A DNA stretch of 61,334 nt, counting the filler, from Sphacelaria rigidula (lineage: Eukaryota): NCBI GenBank assembly GCA_964200075.2. It is 7 parts of 7 records of this genome, joined end to end, with 100 filler letters (N's around TTAATTAATTAA, not from the genome) between each part and the next. Parts side by side here need not be neighbours in the genome. Positions count along the whole stretch, not along the records: positions 8,778 to 17,454 come from CAXNAA020010414.1; positions 17,555 to 26,231 come from CAXNAA020010415.1; 5 more parts are not named here. One strand, written 5' to 3'. A program made the translations under genes and the position numbers. Shown piece by piece: positions 11,511-22,329 of this stretch; the first letter of the stretch is position 1; each line of letters begins with the position of its first letter. The notes under the pieces are model-generated. The model searched no databases. It worked only from the letters and a program-made list of their open reading frames with translations, and was not told the origin of the DNA.

Positions 11511-11699
11511 CTGTGGCCACCATCTATCTCCAAGTATAGCCCTCGTTTCCTCCCTACTGTCAAGCGCATCAGGCTCAGACGGGGGGATTTTCCAGAACTG
11601 ATTGCCCGAAAAGAAGGGGAAAAGTTCACGGGTCGAACGGAATATCACCGGTTCGAATCACCAGATTCACGATTTTTCAGGCCTGGTTGCTCGAAATTG

Positions 11700-12070
11700 A
11701 GAAATAAGTTGACCGCTGGTCAAAAAGGTCTCCACGCAATTTTTGCGCAACTCCGCGTGCCTGGGCTGCGCGTGCCTGGTTTCAACACAAAAAACAAAGC
11801 CTAAGGATTGATTCGTACGGGACGAATCAATCACACTAAAGGTAGGTAATTTCCAGAGGAATTATTGATTCGCCCGACCCTTGAAAAAGTTGACCATTGG
11901 TCAAAGAGGCCTCCACCCAAATCTTGCGCCATCCCACATGCCTTGGGTGCGTGTACCTGGGTTGCAACGCTGAAAACAACGTCTAAGGATTGATTCATAC
12001 GCTATGAATCACTTACACTGAAATCAAGTAATTCCAGACGAATCATTCATTCGTCTGATCCTTGAAAGGT
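11700..12070. repeat. Diverged tandem duplication, 2 x ~180 bp
   Basis: GTTGACC...GGTCAAA...CTAAGGATTGATTC...CCTTGAAA occurs twice head-to-tail. Confidence 0.8.
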
Positions 12071-13242
12071 AGAGTTCTTATAATTGACAGCATGTACATC
12101 ACGTCACAAAAACAGACGATATTCTTACTCCGGAGCAATGTCACAAAATTATGTGGATTTTTTACTCCGGATAACTGTGGAGGAAGTGCAGGAGAACCTT
12201 TACCACGAGGAGTACAGTAGCAGGTGGACATCAGGTTGGGTCTTCTGTCAATGGGTTGGAGGATGGTTATGGAAAGCGTAATATATTGTGTTTGCAAGGA
12301 GAGCAAAACAGGGATCACTTCTGGTTTTGACGAAGACAGCTGTTTGTGTAACTGCTTCAGCCTTGAAGTCTCTGGAGCCCTTGGTGGGGAGGAAGCCTCT
12401 GGAGCAGCACTGTGACCTTGTTCCGCTTTCAGACAAGTCTACATAGCACGCACGTCACGTCACCAAAGTAAGTTATCTTAACCCTGGAGCTATGTTACAA
12501 AAAAAAATGCAGATCCTACTTTTGATAGCAAAACATCACGTCACACCCCAGCCTGTGAACCTACGAAAATACCACAAGCCAGTTGGAGCTCTGACAGCAC
12601 TGTGCTATCTGCGCTGTATGCATACAGTGTGCCTGTGTGTGTGTGTGTGTGCGTGCGTGTTTCGTGCAGTAGGTTATGAGAGCAGCAGGCAGCGTGCAGA
12701 GCAGAGAGCGCACGACTATCTGTACTCTCCGCTCACAGTGCGACGTGAAAAGGATTTGCACAACGGGCAGCTTTGTAGTGCCTGCACTGTCCATGACACA
12801 CGGTATCTTACACTGGAGCAATGTCACCAAAGGTCGTGGATCTTGCTGTTGATCTCATAAACGTCACGTTACAAAAAAATATGGATACTATTTCCCCGTG
12901 ACGTACGCCACAATAACATGGAGACACATCATCTTACCCCGTGAAGAGGTGAATATTCCTTCCGAGAGGCCCTGAACCCGATCGGAGCTAGCCTTCCAAG
13001 GCTATAAAACCCAGGCTCCGGTTTGATCTGCGTTATATAGTTGTCGTATCCGCAGGGTATTACAAACACGCCACGTTGGGAAAAAAAAACGGTAAGGGAA
13101 ACATCAGCAACGGAGGTGAGATGAGTACAAGTATGCTTGTGGGATGCCCACTGTATGTAAACGGATAGAGATGCGTTTATCCCTTCAAAACCAGATTCAG
13201 TAGAAACACGTGATGTGGAAGCCGGCGGAGGGGAGGGGGGAG

Positions 13243-13750
13243 CGGGGTGTACTCATGGTCTTGCGTACCGCAGTCATATGATCATTGTCCTCCTATCCCT
13301 ACAAAGCCGGGCCGAAGCACGCCGGGATTTCATCGGACCAGGTTCGCAATCACCAAGGGGCGGTGCGCCGTGATGTCTTCGATGAGTCGCATGGAGGACG
13401 AGCTGCATCCTGCTAAGGTTGTTCGGACCGGAGCGTACTGATTATCTTGCATGCGGATGGCAGCCTACAATAAGTTGGTTGATTCCCTGGTATCGCCACT
13501 TCCAGACATAGCCATGGGTTACACACTGCCTCATGGGTGTCTCACCGTATCACTCCTCTAGAAGGGAGGGGGGGGAGGTGTACTTATTTGTTGCTTGCCT
13601 GAGTCGTTTGACCACTGACCACGCATCCCTTTCGAGAGGGAGCACCGTTCCTACTCCTTAGAGAGACATCTGCAACATTTAGGTGCCCATTGCGTTTCTT
13701 CCATACATTACACAAAAACCTTTTACATATCTTATCCCCGTCCTGTTCCG
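13243..13750 (+). mobile_element. Bipartite interspersed repeat, longest copy
   Basis: Homologous to 11200-11510, to 33548-33850 (reverse) and to 43884-43945. Confidence 0.75.
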
Positions 13751-14080
13751 CCGTCTAATGGTTTACCGGGGAGAGATGGGTCGATCCCATGAGACCACAG
13801 ACTTGTCCCGGGCAAGGTGGGGAGTTCAAAGTGCGACGGATAATCAACACTACTAACATTAATACAAATACTACTAGTAATAATGAATGACAATATATAA
13901 AAATAACGGTGGCCAAACGTGTGGTGTTCGTCATATAATCACCATATTTTTCACAATCTCATCAGCATTTGTCGCAATCTCATTTTCATTTGGTTTTGCC
14001 TCGACAACACGGGCCCAGCGAGTTTGTTGAGATCGTGAAACACACCCATGAACCCCCTTGTTCCATGCCATCAACCCCCT

Positions 14081-14119
<39 letters not shown>

Positions 14120-14330
14120 AAATAATTTTACTTATATTACTGCTGATAATAATAACAACCAAGAAGAATTACTACTAAAAGTAATTTCTACTAATACTAA
14201 TACTAATACTAACACTAACAATACTAAGAAATAAAATGCTAGAAGTACCAACTATAGTACTTCATACTATTCTAATAGTACTAGCACTACTAGTAGTACT
14301 GTCTGTTATAGCACCACTGCTACTAATCAT
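14081..14330. repeat. (CTA)n microsatellite and degenerate ACT/AAT low-complexity tract
   Basis: Perfect CTA run at ~14082-14119, followed by decayed TAC/TAA triplets. Confidence 0.9.
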
Positions 14331-15634
14331 ACGTACCTTTCCCAGCGAGTGAACCTGAACAACGCCCACATCCAGAGGAAATTTCTTCGAAGCCGTAAAC
14401 CTCTTCATCTCCGCTCTCGCCCGCCTGTGTGCCTTATCGCGGGCCGACTTGTCCCCCCGCAATGCCCACGTATCAACACCTCCCCCCCCAGAGAGACCGC
14501 ATGCACCCCCAAATCCTGAGGCTCCAGCGCCCCCGACCCCTCCAACCATACTGGAATCTTCCTCATCAAAGTCGCTGGCGTCGATGCCCGCTATGCTTGA
14601 GCCATCACGGTCGGCGCCGAAATGGTGGGTGGTAGACAGCGGGGATGGTCCGAGTCGAATATTATCCCCTACTCCTCCTCTGAGTTTTATTTCGGGGGCG
14701 GGGGGGAAGGAGGGCCTTGTAGGTCATACATACAGTAGAGTGATTTGGTCAGTTGATGCTTCTATTCAGACTGGTTCACGCACATCACCCCAAAAACTTC
14801 ACCAATCAGCGAGTGTCTTCTGCAACTTATACCCGATAGTCGCATAAAGGGTATCATACTGACCACCATGAACACCTGAAGAGGGTGACAAAGCCAGATT
14901 TTGTTTCAAGGCTAGGCCATCCATACGGGTGGCGCTAAGGGCCGACAGGTACCTCGATCCAATCAGCGGCCTTAAAATTGTTTCGAAATCAAATATATGA
15001 CTTCCCAACACATTTGTACCCAGCCTCCAAATGCTTCAAATCGCAGCGACCGCCGTCAGCTCGGGAATCTACCGGAAGAAAAATATATATATATTCAAAA
15101 ACAGTTACTACGATATCGAATTGTAGTCAAACCCAAAAGTGTGGAATTCCGGTGATGTGGGGTTCCGGCGTCGACGAATTCCCTCTGATGACATGCATCG
15201 GAAACCCCAAGAAACTCCTGACAATTTCCCTTACATCTTTCATAGAAGAGCTCAGGTCAGCCTTAAACTTGAATGTTCCACGAAACACAGTTAACAAGGA
15301 CCGCAAGACACCCTGGACAAAAAGATTGCGATGTCAAGAAGTGTACTGTGTACAGTTGTATGGAATATATCGTATATCGCAAGTAGACGCGAGAGTCGAT
15401 ACCGTATGCAGTATACAATTCTCGACAACGCAATCCCTTATCCAGGGTGTTCAACGTTCGGGGTCCTCTATATGTCTGAGGGCATTGGACCTGACGTTAC
15501 GGCCCCAACGCGCGCGACCGTTCGACCAGCAGGTCCTGTCGCCCAAGCTGTGGGTTCTGCCATAGACCGCTCTAGGGTTACCCGCTGAGAGGCTACGTCC
15601 CCGTACAGACAGTACCAGAGATTCCGCTACCTGA

Positions 15635-16103
15635 GGCCAGATTTTATGGCAAACAGATTTTTGGCCCACGGATTGTTCACTTTTGGGACGTTTGAGCCAC
15701 TTTTTGACCCNNNNNNNNNNTCTCGGACACTTTGCATCACCCCACAGAGAGGAGCCTAGCCTACTTTTCAGATTCGCTTGGCTCCGAGGTTTCGAGATTG
15801 GCTGCTGAACAATAATTCGTGTGCAATGTTTAATTTGTGCTTGCCAACGTACGGCAGGTTATCCAATAATCTGTGGAGATCGCCGTAGATTTTATCGCAC
15901 ATGGATTATCGTTCAGCGGGCACTCTCGAAACCTTGGAGCCAAGCGAATCTGAAAAGTGGGCTAGGCTCCTATCTGTGGGGTGATGCAAAGTGTCCAAGA
16001 CGTGTGTTGCCGATTTTCCCTTTTGGGGGGTAAAGAAGTGGGTCAAACGTCCCAAAAGTGAACAACCCGTAAGCCAAAAATCTGTGTGCCATAACATCCG
16101 GCC
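15635..16103. mobile_element. Long-TIR PIF/Harbinger-like MITE
   Basis: Inverted arms of ~165-180 bp with GGCC termini, flanked by TGA/TTA. The arm module is shared with the interior of 9479-9768. Confidence 0.8.
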
Positions 16104-16444
16104 TTAGTGACATCATTCTAATATCCATGGAGGTGGCCGCTATGGTATTCTTCTCCCAGTATCAAGCTAGAGTAAGGTTGATCAAGGTTTGTACATTAAT
16201 CTCCCGTGGGTCCAACAACTTCCATTTCACGAGCTGTTTCGGGGAGTATTTGACTATCCAAACAAAGTGACCCATTATGCAAGTCTACTTCCACGTCAGA
16301 CACAGTCAGCTGCAGTAGAACCATGCTAAGGTCATGGTTGCACATTTGGGCCCAGAGGTTTCTCGTTCAGGGGCTCCCAAGGTTAGAAACCGCTGTACAA
16401 AGGGATATGGGTCTCGATTTGGGATATCTTAAGGCTACTGGACC

Positions 16445-16685
16445 ATGTCGGGGGTACACAAAATCCGACTTCACGGTTGACGAGGGAAAGGGAGGGCTGC
16501 ATCCCTCTCGCGATAAACAACAGGGCAAGTACCGCAGAAGGACGGTGGAGTACTACAACAAACAAAAAAGGAAAAAAAAAACTGTGTTAGTTCCCCTCCT
16601 ATGTGACCCCGGCTGATGCGCCCACATTTACCGAAAGGTGCAGACTGGCGTCCAGAATAGATGAAATGAACACACATACACTAAA
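16445..16685 (+). mobile_element. 5'-truncated copy of the tRNA-derived SINE
   Basis: Reverse complement of the SINE body at 21230-21450 (GACGAGGGAAAGGG...CCCTCTCGCGATAAA...GTGACCCCGGCTG...TCCAGAATAGATG). No tRNA head. Confidence 0.75.
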
Positions 16686-17385
16686 ATACTAAAATCGTAG
16701 CGTCCTCGCACATATTTCGTGAGTCGTTTTGTGGATGAGATAGAAGGTTCAAAAACATTTAGACCTCATGAAATATTTGTGCACCCCTACCATGGCATCA
16801 CTGAGTGCTTGTGAGCACAGAGTGGTTGGTGCCCGCAGCCCTGAGAACACAGGACCAACACAGTTAGGATTTGACTTATTATGCTATTAATAGCACAGTT
16901 AAAAAAAAAAACGTTCGTCTTCGAAATACTGATGGGTCACATGCACGGGTCACATGCACACAGAACCCGTGCTCGCATGAAAAGTAAACGCCCAAAGGTA
17001 GTCATGAAGTGCGGGTACGAGGCACGTTTCGAGTAGCAACCGCTCACGATCTGTGTCGTGACGTTCCTTCTCCGACGTCCTGGTTATTCCACCAATGATC
17101 AATATCTGCGTGGCCTGCTGTCCGTCCCAGTTGTGATCACCCCTCTCCTTAAGATGGTCCCTTGTTTGGGCCGAATACAACGGATGGGTGGCTGTGGAGC
17201 ACGGCTGCTTCTACTTTTGCATTACCCTCGGTGTTAAATAAAAATAATCACAAATGAACAAAGCCTGCATATTATCGAAAGAAGTCGGGAGTGTCACGCC
17301 GAGTCTTGGACTTAGCCTCTGAAATTGTGCACGCGTGTACGATGGGCATTACCGAAACAACTTTTGGTCAGGCGTTTCTTCTTCA

Positions 17386-17454
17386 GAGCAATGTTACGGT
17401 AGGGGTGCACTTTTTTCGCGAAATTTTGTCTGGTTCAGGGGCTCCTAACAATTC
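17386..17454. mobile_element. End of a GAG-terminated MITE, cut by contig end
   Basis: GAGCAATGTTACGGTAGGGGTGCACTTTTTTCGCGAAATT matches 30752 onward. Confidence 0.8.
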
Positions 17455-17554
17455 NNNNNNNNNNNNNNNNNNNNNNNNNNNNNNNNNNNNNNNNNNNNTT
17501 AATTAATTAANNNNNNNNNNNNNNNNNNNNNNNNNNNNNNNNNNNNNNNNNNNN
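17455..17554. other. Artificial contig linker
   Basis: N44-TTAATTAATTAA-N44. Confidence 0.98.
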
Positions 17555-17915
17555 TCTAACTCCAAATATTGGCCGGCGCATCCGCCTGCAAACTTTCATG
17601 CAGCCTCTAGGCTGGCCCAGCTCGTAGTCAAACCAAACAGTAAATACACCCAGAGAACCGAACTCCTTTGACTTACTGGTAGTCTAGTTTTTGGGGACTC
17701 GGTCGCCCGAAGCAAGTAGCAGCTGGATGTGTACCAGATGTATCAAGCCCTCGAAGATACGTTCGAGTAGCCTCTATCGTAATCCTGAACTCCAAGCAAC
17801 GAACCGAGCCGAGTGACCTGATTTGGCGGTCACATCTCATCAATCATCCAACGAAACACCTTGTACTTATGAATAATGAGTCATTACACAAATCTACAGA
17901 AGAACAATACTTGGA

Positions 17916-18003
17916 ACAATTATTCGCCAAAAATCGCACGCAGATCAAGCAATAGTTCGTCCAAAATCGCACTCAGATCAAGCAATTACTCGCCTAAAAT
18001 CGC
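17916..18003. repeat. 33-bp tandem repeat interrupted by a transposon
   Basis: CAATTATTCGCCAAAAATCGCACGCAGATCAAG-like units (about 3); the array resumes at 18561-18600. Confidence 0.75.
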
Positions 18004-18560
18004 TAGACTTTGCTGTTGTGCGCGCATAACCTTACGCGTTTTTTCAAAAACACATGTTTTTGAAAATTTCATCAGAACAAAGACTTAAAGGCTAAGATTT
18101 ACGCATACTTGGCGCATATAGTACTCCAACGGGATTATGCACCCCACACCCCATGCCCAGCAGCTATTAGCTGCCCACGGGTGCTCCATGTGGCGTGGCT
18201 TGCCGTGTTGTGGCGTTTGTGTTCGCAGTTTCCTTTTTTGAATTTTGTTGCGGGTCTGATATCGGTTATTGTGCTGTATGTGGACTACTTTATTTTTATG
18301 TGAAAGTGATGAAAAAAACATATTTCACATCAGGCGTAGGCTTTTGATTTTTTGCGCTTTTTTTTTTTGCATGCTGGAAGGTACGTTTCATGAGGGGTGC
18401 CGCCAGGAACCGCCTCAAGAAGGACGCAGAAAAGGGACATAAGTCGCGCATATTTCGCCAAAAACACGCATTAGTCGGCGCATACATTTTACCTTCGAGC
18501 ATAAAAAAATGAAACGAAACGCATTAAAAAAATTAAATGCGCATAAAAATCAAAAGCCTA
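18004..18560. mobile_element. Non-autonomous hAT-like element
   Basis: TAGACTTT...AAAGCCTA termini, 8-bp TSD AAAATCGC/ACAATCGC, and an internal second left end TAGGCTTTTGATTTTT at ~18337. Confidence 0.6.
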
Positions 18561-21202
18561 ACAATCGCATGCAGATCAAGCAATCATCCCCCTGAAATCG
18601 ATACTTCTCTTACCCGCCAGTCATATCCAGTCCGTATCCAGAAACAGCTCAGGAACTGCAGTCCTCGATCACAACACATCACATCAGCCCACCATGGGTG
18701 AAGCGCCTTGCAGTTCATGATGAGGGACGAGAGTGCTTCACCCACACCTTCTCTCGCACCACAAGAAGTGTACGAGCTGGGTCGGCAGTAAATCCCGCAT
18801 TTGCATCACCAACCATAACTCGTCAAGTTTACCAAATCAGGTCGACTTGAGCATATCGCTGTGAACTGCAGACCAACGTGGTAATGCATGGCACCACCGC
18901 TGGTCGATTGGCGAAGTTTTGGCGATGATGTTACTGTACTGCATTAAGTACCGGGAATCTCTCGTGTCGCTACGTGATAGCGTGTCTGGGGACGTTTCGT
19001 TTCACGAAATGCGGTCGAATTACGGTTGGCAATTGCGTCGCACAGACAAGCGAAGACTCGACATGCGCAGGCAAAAGCACACTGATACGAGTAGTGCTGC
19101 GAGATGGCATCAAGGTCGTCAACAGCTCCATCATGGGGGAGAACCTCCCAGCCGATGGTCATTTACCATCGTAAGAGGAAGAAGTACTACCTCAAACCGC
19201 GCTATACACCCCCCAGATGCAAGGCGCTATGCCAGATTATGCGCGAAAACAAAATGGTCGTGTCGGGAGTCGAAATCGTGACCTCTGTGATAAGAGGCGG
19301 TTTTACCAGTTTGACCACCGGGCGCCACACGAAAAAATTGGATGCTGTGCCAAATTTCTAAAATAGAAGAACTTTGGCCGAAATTGCACCAGGATCTCCT
19401 CCACACACGGACGCACAACGTTTCTGGGGATGCCTCCGTATTCCTTTTTTTCCCGGAGTGATGGCATTTTTCTAGTTTTTGCAGGAACTTCACATCGCTC
19501 TAACTTCCCGTTTTTTCTTTTCTTCGTGGCATCCCCAGGAATGTTGTGCGAAGTGATGGTAAAAATGTTGTGTCAATATTTCAGCGCCCAACTCTTCGAA
19601 TTACCGACCGCATCGCCAAAATACATTGAAAAAATTATGTCAGGTGGCCCAGCCTCCAGACCAAACAATCCCAAACGATGAAGGATGCGGGCACATCAAG
19701 GTGGATGGGTACATTTACCGAGACAGATGCAGAGGGCACTACCATAAACACTCGAGTGCCCAAAACCGTCACGGAGACCCTAAAAAAAGCTGTAGACTTT
19801 ACATCGAGGCGAGCATTATTTACTCGCATCACTGTTGTCATGTCGAGGAGAAGTTACTCTTTCAAGAATTGTTTATGTTCAGCTTCATTGTTAAAAAATA
19901 TGTACAAGCAGCCCGCCAAGGCATTTTCTTCACACAACACCGAGTTGGCACTTAAAAGTCGCACACCTCATCCATCAGTATAAACCAACCAAGGGGGCTT
20001 ACAGACTGGACCACGCTACGCAGGGCCGAACCCCCCCCTTTCCCCAAAGGCGGTCGAGAATGAGGAAAATCGAAAAATGGTGCCGAAAACCCTTTTTCTT
20101 CCTGCTTCTTCGCCACAATACGGAATTGAACGGTGCCTTAATCACCATGATACTGGCCTGTACACGATCACCCCAAAACCGAGGAGTTTGGGTACATTAG
20201 TTGTTCAGTGGCCGCAGGGAAGAGAACTTGGCGGTTGGATGATGACTTTTCAGTCAAGGTGACCGCTGGATAATGACTTTGGGGTTGGTGTCATAGTAGT
20301 GAGGCCGCAATGCTGGAGAGGGCTGCGTATTCGAGACGTGAAGCCGATGGCGTTCTGTTTGTCCATCAAGGAAAGTGTACTACGAGTTGCACGTATTGCT
20401 GAGTGACACCAGAGGTATACCCTACTACTGTGACTTGACTGTACAATTCCAACCGGCGTAAAAGTGTTCTGACAGTACTTCCATGGTATCAAACAATTGT
20501 AGATGATTCAAGGATGATCACCTGGTGCCCGCGTAGGCAGTGTCCGCGTTCGGACATCTGTTTTGAAGGGCAATCTCCAAAGATTGGCATACTGCACAGC
20601 GACACAGGTAGAAGGGATAAATGAGAACCTTGTAAAGATAGTGCCGCTAAAGAATGTCGTCAACAACTTACACTTCTTCATTCTTTATTCATGCTGACGT
20701 AATCTATTCCAACAAATGCGGGTCTTACAATAACCGCGGCTACTTTTTTAGAACTTTTCACAGATTTATGTATTGTGCCGCATGCTGTCAAGTCAGTTAT
20801 TACGAGAAGATGCCGTTCCCACGAATGATAATAGAGTCTTGAATGTTACTTACATCGACTCCAATAAGGATTGGACATTTTTTCTTTTGAGTTTTGTTTT
20901 TGGGGGGGACACTAGACAGCGTTTTTGACCCCCAAAGCAGGCGATACTGTCACCACGTGTCTTCGACATCATGCGTAACCGTACTGAGAGGAGTCCAGCC
21001 CAATTGTCTGATTCGCCTGGCTCGTAGGTTTCCAAAATAGCCACTGGCAAAAAATCCAAGTGAATGAGAAAAAATGCCGATCCTAGCAATTGATTGATCC
21101 GATGGATTAATCTGTCGCCTCTCTCACTTGGCGCAAAATCGCGACAAAGCCAGCCGCGGTCGCAAGACGGACGTGATGGAGGCAGAAACAAGCACCAAAA
21201 CA

Positions 21203-21570
21203 CTGTGTTGTGTGTGCTGTGTTGTCGTCCCATCTATTCTGGATGCCGGTTTTCCATCCTTCGGTATATGTGGGCGCAGTAGCCGGAGTCACACAGGAGG
21301 AACGTCGACACAGGAGTTTTTTTGTTTGTTTGTTTGTAATTAGTACTCCACCTTCCTTCAGCGGTGCTTGTCTTTAGTTTTTATCGCGAGAGGGGTCCAG
21401 CAGTCCCTTTCCCTCGTCGACCTTTCAGTCGAATCTTGTGTACACACGACACGGTCACTCTCCACTGTTGGGCATGGTGTGAAAAAAATTCCCAGATCGC
21501 TCCGAGATTTGCACCCACGACCCAACCGTCAGAAGGTTTCGAAGTTACCAACTGAGCCACCGGGGCGACC
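21203..21570 (-). mobile_element. tRNA-derived SINE, full-length copy
   Basis: Minus-strand head GGTCGCCCCGGTGGCTCAGTTGGT...GGTGCAAATCTCGGAGCGATC (A box, degenerate B box), a body shared with 41530-41884, and a (CAACA)-type tail. Confidence 0.85.
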
Positions 21571-22329
21571 TACTGCACCAACACTCGCATGAAAAAATAA
21601 CCCTTGCATAATATAGAGCAGCAACAGGGTAACAAAAAAAGACAAGAGAGAAACAACGCGGGCCGAACGAGAAAAGAGAGAAGAACAAAGCAGGAGGGCG
21701 GAGGGGAAATGAAGCACAAAGCGAGAGAAGACACCGGACGTAAAATATCCGCCAAAAAACACACAACTCAAAGAAATAAACGACTATTCGGAAAAAGCAA
21801 AACATCCAGATAGGCCAGCAAACAACTCGGACCGCTGTACTACCACATCGGGGCTAGCGTTAACCGAGACCTGAATCACACGTATCACGCGTCTCCAGGG
21901 CCAGGAAACAGCGATCGATACACGGCAGCGACATTCGTCATTCAAACCGATCGTTTGGGAGCCGAGTCGGGGGTGCTGAACACAGTACCACCCCCATGCC
22001 TGTCACTCCCTTCCTGCCCACTTTGCACGTGAGTACTCTCTCGACGCACCAACCCCCCATATGAGCCCCCGACGCCGCTCACTCGCGACCATTGCACTCG
22101 CTGGTTCACCGCCGTCATCTGTCGGCCTTTCTTTTGTGACGGCTTATGCGTCAATTGGTTCCGATTCTTGACGGCCGAAGTCTCTTGCTCACTGACCTCG
22201 ACCGAATCTAAAAAGCACCGGTGCGTAATAGCCTCACTGCTTTTGCCCCCCCGTGTTGTAGCCAAACATGCGTCGGAAAGTTGTAGTGCAGGACGGACTT
22301 TTTTGCCCACCGCTACAGCACAGTTTTCA

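Noticed and set aside
21495..21570. Apparent tRNA genes here and at ~41809-41884
   Set aside because: The cloverleaf is imperfect, and both are fused to the same ~280-bp repeat body. They are SINE heads.
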